From Ramazzottius varieornatus (Eukaryota; Animalia; Tardigrada), in NCBI GenBank assembly GCA_001949185.1, contig BDGG01000005.1, positions 2,829,972 through 2,893,971 of the forward strand: a stretch of 64,000 nucleotides of DNA. The letters run 5' to 3'. Of the stretch, positions 1-13,489 are shown one piece after another. The notes under the pieces are model-generated. The model had not been told where the DNA came from. It saw only the letters and a list, made by a program, of their open reading frames with translations, and did no database searches. The position numbers were made by a program, and so were the translations under genes. The stretch's first letter is position 1. Each line of letters begins with the position of its first letter.

Positions 1-100
1 TTCTTCGGTCGACCTCTCTTTTTACCTGAAGCAGTTGTGGATCCTCCAGAACCAGCGGCTGAACCTGTTGGAAAAACCACATCTCGGTAAGCGGGACTGA

Positions 101-285
101 GGCAAACAAATTCGACTAGATCGTTCGCCCAAGTGACGCACATTTTCAGCTAATAACATCAAACACTTGCGCCACTTGAAAAAAACATCTGGACAAAGTC
201 TTTACTCCAAGTGGCGCACGCCTCCAGCCAATGACACCGTACACGTGTGTCACTTGGTACAACAATCCTGTCGAGACTGTTTGCC
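101..285. repeat. Palindromic intronic repeat (CAAGTGGCGCAC family), two-hairpin copy
   Basis: Termini GGCAAACAAATTCGAC...GTCGAGACTGTTTGCC; two internal CAAGTG(G/A)CGCAC-N~25-GTGCGCCACTTG-like hairpins; follows a GTAAG donor at 87. Confidence 0.75.
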
Positions 286-3200
286 GGGCAAGTCACAAAA
301 AATCGGCAAGCGAAAAAACCCGAAGTAAATCCCTACAGACTGTCGAATATTTTTTCCGCTTGTGTTGGCATAGGAGCATTAAATACGAGACTTGCCTAAG
401 GAAGCGTCGCTGGGTGGATTTTTCGGCCGACCACGTTTTCGGCCGCCATTCAAGTAAGCAATCACCACGTCCATGTGTTGCACGTGCGCTTCTTGCTCCC
501 ATGTAGCTTCGCTCCTGTGAACCAACCTCAGACTTACTCGACCCCAAAGCAGCTACAGAGGGAGATAACTTACTCTGGTTTGCCCACCCATTTTATCAGA
601 AACTCGCGGTAGGGCGCCTTCATCCCATTGTTGCCCAGAACAGCTTCAGCAACTGGCGTGTCCGGAACATCTCCTGGATCCATTCTCGAAGCTGTCTTCT
701 GGAAGAATACGTAGGATGCAAAGCACAAGGACAGTAGCGGTTTAGCAAAAGTCCGCCGGATTTATGGAGATGTCGAGGAATCAAGTCCAAGGAGAATCAA
801 CATGGCCGAAAGAATCGAAAAAACTTCCAAAAACAATCGCGAAAACTGCCTCACTCGAAAACTTTCACCCCAGGGGCGATTTTGACCGGACCAGCGGACC
901 ATGAGTCGGCTAGGGCCGGAAATGGTGGAAAACGACCACCCTAAATGGCTGATATACAAGAGGTGGAAATTCCCATCCTGGAAGAACAGGGTGGGAACGG
1001 CAGGATGGAAAAGCTGGGAGCAAGTGAAAGGGTGGGATTACCGGTATTCCGTGACATCAAACCCGGCAATCACGAGTTTTGAAAGTTTCTGATGTATGTT
1101 TCAAGGGTTCCCAGTTAAATACCTCATTTGTAATCCTATAGAGTAGTATTCCTCCAAATCTCGGCCATACACCGTCAGCTCGTACAATCTCGACATGCCA
1201 CGCGGAGAACTCCATCACATCAGTGCATCGAAACTGATAAAAGACATCAGTCCGACGGTTGCACTTACCGGGATTACCTAGGGCGGTGCTGCAATGGGTA
1301 AAATGCATACCGGTTCAAAAATTCTATTAGCAGTTGTATCGACAAGGCCACAGTATGCCTCTGTGTCTTACTAATAGATAAACTATTCAAAATGTTAGCC
1401 GGTGGTCTGTATTTTGAACACAGTACAGTAACCCACGGCGATTCAAAGATACTGAATCCTTTCTAAATTTTCGCTGCTCCGATTACGCAAGGACAGTTGC
1501 AGTATTTCCGTAGTCATATTTTCGTTCAGGAGCAGTTATCAGACGAGGTTCATTGCAGGACGATACGCACCATCGCAACCAAGTAGATCTAGGTATCACC
1601 GCTTCGTGACTCGACACCGACCGCGGCTTTCATTTACTGATCGCATCAGAAGCTTCGCTTTAGTACTGGCGCGACGTCGGGTCACTCTGTCCACAAGATC
1701 GACATTAGCATAAAACCGTCGTACTGTCTTACATTCTTTTGGCTGGCGATTCGTGGTCAATTTTCGGGTTTGGTTGGTCTAGCAAACCACCAGGCGCAAA
1801 TGCGGGAAAAGTTAAATGTAGTGCTTTTCTGCTCCTGCGGCTGGTAGTGTTGTCTGTGCTTTTTGTGGTAGATCAGTTCGTCGTGCAGCGGATTGTACTG
1901 CCTGGTCAAACAGTTCACTATACAATCAGTGATGACTCGGGACTGGCTTACCGTGTCAAGCATCCATTGTTCGATCTCGTTTTTGTTAAGTGTATTTGAG
2001 AAATCCGCTTTGATATCCGCCGGTGCTGCGGCCCATCGAAGTTTTTGATTTGTTCGTCTAGAACAGATCGTGACTTCACTTGAGTGACCCAACAAAATTG
2101 AACAAAACAGTGACACACCGCTAATCTTGAAAGGTTCGGTTCCATAAGGAGAGTTACGATTTTTCTACAGTCGCGCTTGAGAGATACATCGAGTTACGGC
2201 ACAAAGATTACTGCACTCCAATAAAATTTCCTACAATCGTCTGGCTTTACAAAATGCTCTTGGTTCCGCGTTCACATTCACCCAGTCGACTTCGAGATAT
2301 CTTCTCAACCCAATGGGAGAATATTTCATCCGCGGTGACTACACAGAAAAATAGTGCTGTCTGGAGGTAGAGAAAAGTAATTGAGGTATGGACTTTCTGC
2401 ATCTGTTTTAGAACGGAACAAAGCTGTGGCTGTGCTTAAAGGTGGAAATAACACTCAGTACAGATAAGGGCTGACAGAGAAAGGGAAGGCTATTCGCTTT
2501 GTCATTGTAGCGAGATTTTGCAGTCCTCAAAAATCTTCCTCATTCTTCTGCAGAGTGAGCAAATTTTCTGCCGTTCTACGGACGGTAGATTGTATTTTGT
2601 GATGTGATACGTTACGTTGGTCTCCTGGTGTTTGGGAGGCGTTTTGTTTCACTTCGTTGAAACTGCCCGACATTAAGGCGTTGTTGGCTCAGTTGACGGA
2701 AAGGAGTTGCGTTAACTACAAGATCTTGAATGGACTAACGAATTAAACCAGTAACTGGAAAAATTCGTAGTTTTTGTGTCATTAAATTATCCGCCCCAGG
2801 TGAAAAAGCAATCGGTCAATCAAGTGTAGCGGAAGGTTCGATATAGGAAATATCGTTTCCCACCCCAGGCTGGCTTGCTAGCCTCTCGTGCAGCGGACCT
2901 GTCACCTGTAGCCTTCTCTGATCAAGGTCGTGTCGGGTACCCGAGAACAAAATTGTCCGGCAGCGCCGCAGCGGTTGCGGACTTGCAGCGTACTTTCGAA
3001 CAGGCCTGTACTGGCGCTAGGCCTTTGGGTGTCGCGCCTGATATCCTATATCATACGACAAATTCAAAAATAAAATTTGGGAAACTGATGAGCAAGTAGT
3101 GAATTCACTTTGTGAGTTCAGAAAAGTATCCGGAAGAATATTTGTTAACATTTAGAATGACGTAAAGCATGCCATCTTTTTGCATGGGACAGGATGTTTA

Positions 3201-5674
3201 ATTTTAAGACATAATATTAGAATACCCACGTAAGCACTGCTGCAAGCCTGCAACAAGTACCGGCCGAAGGCCGAAAGACTTTTTACGTTCTCACCAGAAA
3301 TCAGCGGAACAGCAAGTGACATATTTTTCATTCAAAATTCTATAAAAATATGGCATGTTCGTACCATCCGAACAACAGCTAAAACGTAATCCGCTGCCTC
3401 CAACAGCTTTTGCATACCATCGAGGGACTACTGATTAAGGTTCAGGTTCTGACAGTTCGGCAGAAATCTTTAACCGACTGTCTTTAAATTCTACTCGGTC
3501 AACCCCACAAGATTCCGCCAACTTCTGAGTCCCGAGACTCGACGCAGCATCGCAGGAAATTATTTGGAGAGTATTTTCGAAAGCGGAAAACACAGATTAA
3601 GCGAAAAGAGAAATACTAGAAGACATCGTGGGGCTTGGAGGTGACGGGTTCATTTCGGCACGGTGAAATATATCGTTTTGGTTGAACGATTTAAATGATC
3701 AGGAAATTGCTAGTCGAAGGTGTCAGCTCTGTCGTCAAATTGCGCACCATCATGCTCTTACGATGCAGTTTGGTGCACGGTCCTGTGTTTTCTTCGTGTT
3801 AGCAGACTCCTGATAAACCGTGTGACTCGGTCCAATTTTAGCGTTGCCGGTAGTGGCACGCGGTCTGAGTCTACGGGTGAGAATGGGCTCGTTCTTGTGC
3901 TGACATACCGATGGTCAAACTGTCCGGACAAAAAGATAGAAGAGTATGTTTCCACGACTCTGCCTCTAACTACCGGTGCAATCGTGGGGTAGAGCTCTAC
4001 ATGAGCTTGGCGAACGGACGTCACAGTCAGCATGCGCTGTGTACGTCTTCATACATGTAAACTCCACATTTAGTGTGAGGGCAGTTCGCTTAGCTCCTGA
4101 AGCATTAGAGTGCGCGAAATCTTCGCAAAAACTGAGAATTTTACTGTTGAAAGACGATCTTTATAACCGGAGTTCTGGTTTGATGCGCCAATTCCGACTG
4201 CTGTAGGTTTCCCCGGGATCGTTCCTGTAGTTAGCTACTTGGCTCGGATCATGGGAGAAGCTCTACTCTATCGTTGTGCCGGGTGGTTTGATGATTGAGA
4301 TGTAAGAACAAGCATGAACCCCTCGTGAGTTACATGGCCTGCGGCCCGCCTTAGCCAGGTTCACCGCGCATGGGACCACGACGTCCGATTAACGGTTTAA
4401 ATTCTGCTACGCCATGACGGATTTAGCGCTGATATGGGAGTTATGGGCATTACAGTCTGGTCGGCTGGCGGTCCTATCCACCGTTCTCAGCGCTTTTGTC
4501 GGGAAGATGAATTGATATATCAAACCCGAATTTAATAAAGACACCCTGAATTATTCTCTGGCACCCTGTACACCCTGCTGGAGAGTGGAGACACCTCTAT
4601 CGTCTAGGATGGAAAGGTGGAAAATCCTTTATCAAACCCTATCTCTCACGAGTTTCGTCGAAGACGCCGCTTTGGAGATTCCTCCTCATCTTAGTTCTAT
4701 TCTCTCTGAAAACGTATCGACCTATCATATCCGCGACATAATTTGACGTTGCTGACCTCTGTCATGTCGCGAAAGCCGAGGGCAATTTCGCCCAGCCAAA
4801 GGAATGGCCTGTGTTGACTTAATCTGGCAGAAGACAAATGTTGTACCATGGCATTTTATTGAAACTTGCCATTCGACCATCTTCCACGAAAAACTGGCAC
4901 TGCAACGACGTCAGTAACTTCCTTTGTGTGGATTTATTGATTACTGTAAAAAAAATGGAGTCGAATAATCCACGAAAATCACGCATTTACAAAAACGTCA
5001 GAAGAACAGAAAATTTTAAATTGTCGCGCGTGTCGTCATAACAACCAGTGCAAAAGCTCGCAGCAATCTGACGCAATGTGCGACCCAAACGGGAATGTTA
5101 TTCTACCTGACCAAGCGACGATTGTCTGCGCCAGACGCTCAGCCATTCCCGCGGCAAACATATGATCCTTCTGCCGCTTATCGTCGTTAAAGATCATCCC
5201 CGACATCATGGAGCGGTGTTGGAGCGCCACAAGATCCGCAAGTCCAGTTGAAGCAGCTCCAGCATCGGATGGTTGAGACGCAGAAATGCCACGATGATTC
5301 GTCTCTGATTTTATCCAACAAGCGTACTGCCGATTTTACGAATCAATGTAAGTGGCAATCACCTACACACATGAGACAAACTGAACAAATATTCAAAAGG
5401 AACAAAGTGTTCGCTATTAGGAACATATTTAACTGTTCCGATCAACCAACGAACGACGTCAAACTACACCCAAACTTACATACACAATCAACGTGCACAC
5501 GTTATTGGTTGTGACGTAAAATATTCAGCATGACCGCACTTATCGCATTAAGCTATTAGCTCGACAGTTGCGAGCCATTTTGTACATTTCTTTCGAACCT
5601 TGGATTCTGTCATCCCGTAAATATCATACAACGTTCTTTGTTCCTCTTTGCAGGTGCCCCGATTTTGGAAGAAG

Positions 5675-6273
5675 ATGGGTGGTGTGAGGAAGAAAGCTCG
5701 CAAGGAAAATGCGGATGAAGTCTCCAAGAATGCTGCCCCGAATGGCGATACAGCAGCCGGCAAAGCGGATATCATAGGCAAGAACACAGCAGCATCGGAG
5801 GACGCCTCGACAAAAACCGAGACCGACGGTTCAGCTAAAGACAAGTACGGTTTGAGTGCCCTGATGCTGGCGAGAAAAGGAGGAAACATGGCCGACTTGA
5901 CCAAAGTGAAAGACTTGACAGCCATCTTGACCGGCAGACTCGTCTGGATTCGTGTACATCTCCAGTCCAGCAGAGCTGAAGGAAAGCAGTGCGTCTTCGT
6001 TCTACGACAACAATAGTACACGGTACAAGCCCTGGTGGCTGTCGGAGACCAGGTGTCGAAGCAGATGGTTCACTTTGCTGCGGGGATCGCGGTAGAGTCT
6101 TCAATCCACTTGCTTGGCGTGGTCAGGAAAGTTGACAGCCTCATCGATACGTGTTCCCAACAAGACGTCCAGCTTGTCATCCAAAAAGTCTTCCTTGTTT
6201 CCCCACCAGAGCCACACATCCCCACATTGGCTGCGAAAGCCTACCGTCTGCAGGAACGCAGTGTGACTGCAAG
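5675..6273 (+). pseudogene. DARS1: Cytoplasmic aspartyl-tRNA synthetase N-terminal (OB-fold anticodon-binding) fragment with in-frame stop
   Basis: [37 protein letters not shown]...GVVRKV...CSQQDVQLVIQKVFLVS closely follows the eukaryotic AspRS N-terminus; TAG at 6014-6016; no class II catalytic motifs downstream. Confidence 0.8.
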
Positions 6274-7278
6274 TTAGGGTTTCGTTTTGTGAAACAATCA
6301 ATCAAACGGAAGCCTGTCCATTTCTCAACTCGTGAGACTTGGGTTTCTGTGTTACCATTGACGTCAATACCTAATCAGTTTCCAAATTTCACAAGTTCGA
6401 ATAATCCTCGTAGAGTGCAACTATCCACCCTGCCAGACACGATGCTCCCGTCGTCTCTCTTCCTCCTCCAGCATCACAGTTTGGTGGCCACTTGCCGACG
6501 ACGTAAGTGAAGACTGGAAAGGAAGGTTTGGCGTTCGTCGAAGTGGAAGATCCCGAAGGTTAGCTTATCTTTTAACACACTTTAACATGAGAGATGGGTC
6601 ATTGGGTGCTTTGCAGATTACATCTTTGAACACATCATCTATGTGAAGAACAGCTTCGATCTAAAGAAGAAAAGCCTCGGTCCAGATGGAAAGCCCACTT
6701 CCCATGGATTCGGTGTCCAACAACTGGACCAGGCGTACGTCGCTCCGAAGGATCTAGCGAAGAATGAAGCAGCACATTTGACAGAAGTTTGCCACGGAGA
6801 ACTTTTGCAAACAGCGCGACAACTTGCTGAGTTGCACGAGACCAATAATTTTCAGCCCATTTCTATGTTCTACAGAAGCGATTCTGCTAATCCTTTGCTG
6901 GGTGGTATATCTGGTCTTCTGAGAGTGGCACCGTATCACAATCGTAGAAACTTTTTCTTGTCATCTCTAGCTTTTATTCTTGGTTGTACTGAACAGACAC
7001 TGCATGTTGAGCTGTGTAGATAGCCTTTTTATTGCTTCATATGGCTTTAGTAAGCCGAAGATCTAAGATCACGGGAGCAGCAACAAAAGTCTGGGTTCGT
7101 GCATGGACTAGCATTAACTAGTTTCGAACTCAGCGAAAGCAACACCGCGATAACTGTTGGGACGTTCTCTTTAAAAGAGCTCTAGGGTGGAAAAGACGAC
7201 ACCAAAGACATTTCCAGTGCAGGCGTGCTTTTGAACCTCCGGCCAAGTGCTCTAGGGCCGGGCTCCATCCGGTGCAAC

Positions 7279-8271
7279 AGCCTGCAACATCCGGTGTTCC
7301 CAAGTGGTCACCCATCTAAGTACTAACCGGGCCAGACGTAGCTTATCTTCCGAGATCGAACGGGATCGGGAGTCGTGATGTTGGCATATATGAGTAATAT
7401 ATTAAACTAGAATTCATTAGATGCTTTTTGCATCTAATATATCATATTAACATTTATTTGATGCCTCGGCCGAGGTGGAATATTTATTAGTATTAAATTA
7501 GATGAAAACCAGAGCTAGAACTATCATACTAAAATCAAGCCGCAGGGCGCTCAGCATTAAAATTATTAAAATGCGGATTTTGGCTTCAGTTGATTATTGT
7601 AACGCTTGATTTGCGTCCGCGGCAAGCGTGAAACTGCGCAGAGTGCCGTATGCCAGTAAATCTTACGCATCAAGCACCTGCGCGTGTGTTACACTCACGA
7701 ACGTTTGAATGTGGTGACTTGATTGAAGTAGCTTATTTGATTGGTAAATGCAGGACTGCGATTTCGGGGACTCACTTGCATACCCGCCATTCACACTGTA
7801 AATAACGCATTGCAGCGCGATCCTGCAATGCGTTTAGGATGACTGTCATCCCAAGGATGCCAGCACGGCTCGAAAGAGGGACTTCCCGAACACCAGGCAG
7901 AAGAGACAACAGCCGCTGAAACTGCTGTTATTTTTGGACGGTTCCTTGGTAGTACTTTTAACTGATAATTTATGACGTTTTTATTGCTGGACATGGATAA
8001 GACTGTTTTGCTGGTGAAATTGTTAAGGAAGAAAGTTATCTTTTCCCGTTGACATGTGGATCTAGAAATAACTGAAATATTATAATAAGAACCCAGCGAC
8101 GCAAGTGAATATATTGGCATTATATTAGATGCTCTGCGGTCGGGGCATATTGTATTAAGATTATATTAGAACTCTGGCAGCCCGGGCTTATTAAATTAAG
8201 ATATATTAGGTCGCGATACCCTTATGCCAACATCACTAATCAGGAGCATTCTACGTGGTATGGTCGCAGGC
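7279..8271 (-). rRNA. 5S rRNA gene/pseudogene interrupted by a MITE
   Basis: Joined minus-strand halves (8271-8239 + 7364-7279) read GCCTGCGACCATACCACGTAGAATGCTCCTGATCCCGTTCGATCTCGGAAGATAAGCTACGTCTGGCCCGGTTAGTACTTAGATGGGTGACCACTTGGGAACACCGGATGTTGCAGGCT, a ~120-nt 5S with a pairing terminal helix. Confidence 0.9.
7373..8238. mobile_element. Non-autonomous hAT-type element inserted in 5S rDNA
   Basis: TIR T(C/A)GTGATGTTGGCATA at both ends; 8-bp TSD ATCGGGAG (7365-7372) / ATCAGGAG (8239-8246); AT-rich non-coding interior. Confidence 0.85.
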
Positions 8272-8368
8272 AAGTGTCACCTGATTTCGATCCCTCGACT
8301 CTTCTGCTTAGTTCGACACGGTCCGACGGCTGATGAGGTTCTACCGTTTTTTGTTTCGTAGTGAGTCG

Positions 8369-9087
8369 GTGCACGGCCTGCCACTGCTTTTCTCCGTGCA
8401 CTGCCCGCAACACTCCATTTCACTACGTGCACTGCTTTTACACTGCGTTTTGGCTAGCTACACGGCCTGCATACGACTTTCAAAACATAGGGACTTCGAA
8501 GGTTGTCGGCCCACGAAAGCAGGATTTTTTTACGGAGTAGAAATATGCGTGGTGTAAAAGAGGACACACTTTCCAGGGCTCGGAAGGGAAAGTGCCTCGG
8601 AAGGGAAGGTACTGTAGCGCTACCAAATTATCGCGCACTCAGCCGCGTGCACAGCAAATGATGCCTGGGTGGGAGCCAGCGACGCTAAACTGATAACATC
8701 TGATCACACTGGGCAGCGGTGACTTATCACGTAGTTCAGTGCGCGATAATTTGGTAGCACTGCGGTAACTTAATTGTCCTTTGGAATTAGTTTGGGTTCG
8801 CCATATTTTATACGAAGAAGACCACCACACAAAACCTTGGTCGTAGCGGCTCTCTGCTCCAACACTTCCTTGGTATACTGTCACTGTTTAGCTACCAATC
8901 TCAGCATGGCGCTTTTTGGTCCGTAAGAAATGCCTGCTTTCTTGCGCCGACAACCTTCAAAATCACTGTGTTGTGAAGGTCGTGTCCAGCCCGTGCACCT
9001 AGCCAAAGCAGTGTAAAAAGCAGTGCACCTAGTAAAAGGGAGTGTCACGGGCAGTGCACGGAGAAAAGGCAGTGGCAGGCCGTGCAC
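8369..9087. mobile_element. Foldback/MITE-like element with ~180-bp imperfect TIRs
   Basis: GTGCACGGCCTGCCACTGC... / ...GCAGTGGCAGGCCGTGCAC; inner inverted repeat CTACCAAATTATCGCGCACT / AGTGCGCGATAATTTGGTAG (~8620-8758). Confidence 0.75.
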
Positions 9088-9454
9088 GTAACCTCGACTT
9101 TTTTGTTTTCCATCCGCGATATCCTGAATTTATGGTCCATGGCCAGGCAAAGGAATAGCGACCAAAATTTGGGGAGCTCGTCCGTCGATGTTGATACCGC
9201 TAGAGCGAAAGGCAAAGAGTTTGCAGCAATCTAACGGCAAGTGTCAGGCGAGCCAAAATGCGACGACATGATTCTAACCCGATGTATATAACATTTCTCA
9301 CAGCATCTACAGCTTCTGACTGTACTTGGAGCTGGAAGAGTAAACTATCCGCAAACTGGCGGTATACAACCGGGAAATCGCAAAAGTACGATTAAAACAG
9401 AAGACTCCGAACGCGGGAACGCGTTTGGTATAGCATCAGGACCGATGAGGTAGG

Positions 9455-12400
9455 TTAGGTTATCTCGAGATCGTTCCTTTTCCGTAGAATGATTTCGGTC
9501 TCGTCAGTCTTCAGTACCCGCACTCCGATTTCTTTTATAGCGCTTTCGATCGCTGTTTGTCGCTGGGTGGCTTCTGTAGCGTTCTTGTTGGGAGCTTTCG
9601 CTTCTTGGAAGAGTTCTGCGAGCAACATGGCCGAACCGCGGTTCATGGTGAGAATGCTGCAGGCCTCAACCGACCTGTGATGAAAACCCATGAGGAAATA
9701 ATGAGGTTTCTTGCATTTGCTGGCAATCAGAGACGCAGGAGTTACCGAGTTATTCCGCCATTTGAGAGTCCAGTCAGCCTTCCGATAACGGTTCCGAAGT
9801 TATTCAAGAGATCGAACTTCAACTGCGAAGCTCCACCTGTACTGAAGGAGTTCTTCAACATAACCTGCAATGATAATACAGAACCTCAAAGTGAGCTCGG
9901 CAAATAAACTCAACCAGATCGATCTCCCCAAGTGGCGCACGCTCTATGTGACATCGACTGATGACGTGAGCCACTTGGTAAACGATCTGGTCGACTTGTT
10001 TGCCGAGTAACTTAATTACAGAACGAGTGAGGGAAAGAGTTCGTACGTTTTGGTAGATAAGCTCGTCCATTTCGTGCATCACATCGACGAAGTACCGACT
10101 GGCTAAGACGGTAAAGAGCCGTCCTTTCTGAGCTGCAAGGATGGTGCGAGTTGTGTAGAGAAGTTCTGCCATGCCTGGTGTCATTTGGAGCACCAGGTAC
10201 TCAGTCGAGGAAGGCATACTTTTCCAGCTGGGCGGAAAAGACAAAATTAACAGAACGTCAGAAAAGAGAACTACGTACAGCATACTGAGGAAGGAACTGA
10301 AACTTACTCTTGCTTCCCATATTCCTTGATCATCCGTCTGATTAGTTCTATAGTATCGGTTCGGAGGTGCTTCAGGAAGGAAACCTTCGACAGTCGATCG
10401 CAGTCATCAGTTACAGACGACATCCTCGTCGACAAGTTCCCATTCGTGTTCGAGGATAATATGGCAAGCGTCAGCTGGAAAGAAGGAAAATGACTCGAAC
10501 GTAGGATAATAAACTCTGTTTGAGTTTTAAGTTCCGGAAAGGATATTCGTGATAATTTACTGCATCGGAGCTGAGGTCCTCGAGGTACGTCCAGATGTAC
10601 CTCACGGCCGTAGCGAAAGTGGGAAGCAGTAACGTGGCACAGAACGACAGGTCTTCTTGATTCTCTTCGTAAAGTAACTTCAAACGGTCAATGAAGCTTT
10701 CCACACAGCCAAGCTGGAAGGCGAGGAACTGCTGCTGTTCAGTCCTCGTCGGAAGAAGCTCGTACCTTTCTAAAAACAAGTGTCCTCCCGGTAAAAAAAG
10801 GGGTACACGTACAATTATAATAAAGGAGACGCTGGAAAGGAAGTGAACATGAACGGCATTCACAGTGGCACATATTCCCATTGTTGTTCGCTGTCAATGT
10901 GCGCCACTCAGAATAACGACCATGCACAATTCCGGAAGTCAAAGTGAAGTCAAAGTTGGAATGTTAACGAGTTCTGGCTTACCGGAAATAGCTTTCAGCA
11001 TAGTTACAAAGTGTTGGGCGCTCTCCGCCACTTTGAAGTCTTCCGGGTTTTCTGCCCCGTCTTCGTAGCGGTTTTTGAAAGCTGTTTCGGAAGACAGAAA
11101 AGCTGTGACTCGATCGATGGCAACTGGAAAAGAGGACACTAAGTTAGTTAGAGAGCTCAATATACGAAATTATTCGCCGTTGAAGGGAAGATCCGTCTTA
11201 CGAGTTTTCTCCATCTGCATCCAAGCTTTCAGGACTTCCGGTACGGACAGTACCTCGCAAAACTTTTGCTGTATTATGGAATAACCTATGGAACGAAGAG
11301 TTCTGGCGAAAGTCAGGACTTCGTCCAAGGCATGGGCAAAGTGTCGCTCGAGCTCGAGGAGTTCGGGGAGGGTTGAGAGGAACTTGGAACGAGCTAACAT
11401 GGTTATACTCCATGCAAAGTCATTCTGCGAGAGGAGAATCCGTTTTGCAAACAAGCTGGGTTCGCGAAAAACCATTCAGGCAACTTACTTTAGCATCGCG
11501 ATGGGAATGATCTCGATCGTACAGCGGCTGCAGCAAACTACCGACAAAGTCCGCGTAGTCACGAATCCATGACAGAACTTGAGTGAGGTACCACTCTGGC
11601 TAAAAAGCAGATGAAGATAATTAAGAAACAAACTTTTAAGAATTAAGAAACAAACTAATCATTCAAGAAAAGAGTGTGACCGAAAAAACAGCGGAATCCC
11701 GTACACGCAGGTTACCTAATTATCGGCCGGGACAAAATTACCGGCCGAGAGCGGCAGCGCACCGAATGATTAGTTTGATTGTTCGGCTTCAGCTGGCAGC
11801 TGCCGCTTTCGGCCAGTGGTCGATAATTTTGTCCCGGCCCATAATTCTGTATGCCGCGTGTACTCACCTTGTCAATGCGGTTGGTTTTCTCGGTTACGAA
11901 GAAGTGATACCGAAAACGTTTTTCCAATGGTTGAAGGAAGTACTTCAGTGGAAGCAGGTCGTAAAGGAAGGCTTTTTCTTCGGACGTTTCTGATGGGACG
12001 ATAAACTCTCTGAAATAAAGACTATAGAACCTCGAAAGCAACATATAAGAAACAACACCATCAAGCACTGAGTAAGTCCTTACGGAAGACGGAGTCGAAT
12101 GAGTGTGGAGAAAATATCGTTGAGTTCGCCGCGAAGTTTCGCCTCGATGACGAGCGCTTGCTGCTTCTGCACTGACGGTGGTCTGGGGTAGCCTATCCTA
12201 TTCAGCATCACAGGGATATCTCTGAAAAAGACCAGAAACGTTTCACTGGAAAAATAAAACTATAGCTGCGTTGAACTGCGAGCCTTACTGAGCAACACGA
12301 TCACTGACGAGCCTCGTCCAATAAACCGTGATATCATACAGGTACTGAACAAGGTTGGAGCATTTTGAGGTCCGGAGCTGATGACACCAATCGACCAGTG

Positions 12401-13144
12401 TCAGGAGAAACGACGTGGCATCGGTGTGGGAAGAGCATGCCAGCGCTGATCGGATGCGGTCACTGAAAAGAGAACAAACAAATAAACAAATTAATATCGA
12501 ATTGATTGGGCGGAAGTTGATTGTTCGGAAAGAACTGGCGCGGTTTTGAAGACGCATGGCGTCATCGCGGTATCGAACGAGACAGGGCAACACGTGCAAA
12601 ACTCAACGATCTGATGACGTCAATAGGGTGTTTGATTATGGTATATTTACCATTGATCCTGGAACATCTCGAGCCATCGCAAATATTCAATTTGCTTCTC
12701 GGCGTGCTTGATATCCACGAGGACTTTTTCCGCATCCTCCAGCTGACTATCTTCTCCTTCCGAGGCGATGATTGGGGCTACTTCTTCGAGCTCCCGAGCG
12801 ACGTTTTCGAGGCACTTGTCGAGGGAATGCAGCGTTGCTTCGCCATCAGAAATCAACCGAGCTTTATTCTCCAGAAAATTTCGCTCTTCCTCTTCTGCCT
12901 GAAACGAAAGTGCATATAATAAGGGCAAAAGCTTAGAAACAATTTGGGCGCTTACTTTCGAACGCAAGTCGTTCTGCAAAGTTTCCAATTCGGTCAGAAT
13001 ATCCACCGTTTGCTTGAGCAATTCTTGATTGCTGGCAGACTGCGATAACTCCGCCGACAGGCTCTGGCACACCTTCCTTCGCACATCTTCCGGCAGAGCA
13101 GTCGTGTGAGAGCTTGGCTTGACAATGGTCTTCCTGGCTGCCAT
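9455..13144 (-). CDS. RINT1: RAD50-interacting protein 1 / Tip20 (NRZ tethering complex), multi-exon
   Basis: LQPLEKRFRYHFFVTEKTNRIDK|PEW motif typical of RINT1/TIP20; N-terminal coiled coil; C-terminal exon ends ...EIILRKRNDLEIT*; exon boundaries approximate. Confidence 0.85.
9896..10007. repeat. Palindromic intronic repeat, single-hairpin copy in RINT1 intron
   Basis: CTCGGCAAATAAACTCAACCAGATCG...CCAAGTGGCGCAC...GTGAGCCACTTGG...CGATCTGGTCGACTTGTTTGCCGAG. Confidence 0.85.
11701..11862. repeat. Small foldback MITE in RINT1 intron
   Basis: GTACACGC..AATTATCGGCCGGGACAAAATTA inverted against TAATTTTGTCCCGGCCCATAATT..GCGTGTAC. Confidence 0.65.
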
Positions 13145-13489
13145 ATCTGGATAAGTTAAAAATCCTTCCTCGAACGTGGGGGAGAAGCAGAGGGGGATCC
13201 CCTCTGGGAGAAGTGCGGAATAGAGTTATACGAGTACGCGTACGAGTAAGGATTACGGAATCGGAAAACGAAATGAAGGCAAAGAAACTGGCACGTCGCA
13301 TGGTGCTTGATGGTGTCGGTTGATTGGTTCTTGCCATCGATCAAAGGAGGAAGAGATTTCAAAATCAGATTTCCATCTTCCAAGCCCGACTGCAATTTGC
13401 AACTTCGGTTTTTTCTTCTTCCGTTTATTTCCTCCCGTCATCTATTGAGAAGTTCATAACGAGCTTCTCATTGTAATTCGATCAGAAGA
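13145..13489. promoter_or_regulatory. Probable bidirectional promoter region between RINT1 and MRPS11
   Basis: Divergent ATGs only 345 bp apart; no specific motif asserted. Confidence 0.5.

Noticed and set aside
101-285. CRISPR-like repeat/spacer reading of the CAAGTGGCGCAC units
   Set aside because: At most two units per locus, inverted rather than direct, dispersed in spliceosomal introns, no cas genes, eukaryotic context
1-720. Exon-like segments at the window start
   Set aside because: Splice signals suggest the tail of a gene, but no product or consistent frame can be assigned
1948-2145. KNFDGPQH as another PR knuckle
   Set aside because: Lacks the Cys ligands and has no neighbouring THAP or PR/SET sequence
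6014-6016. Programmed readthrough or recoding of the TAG in the AspRS fragment
   Set aside because: Simple CAG>TAG change at a Gln position; the gene also lacks the catalytic domain and has another downstream stop
8282-8330. tRNA-like T-arm (GTCGAGGGATCGAAATC on minus strand) upstream of 5S
   Set aside because: No cloverleaf or A box can be built
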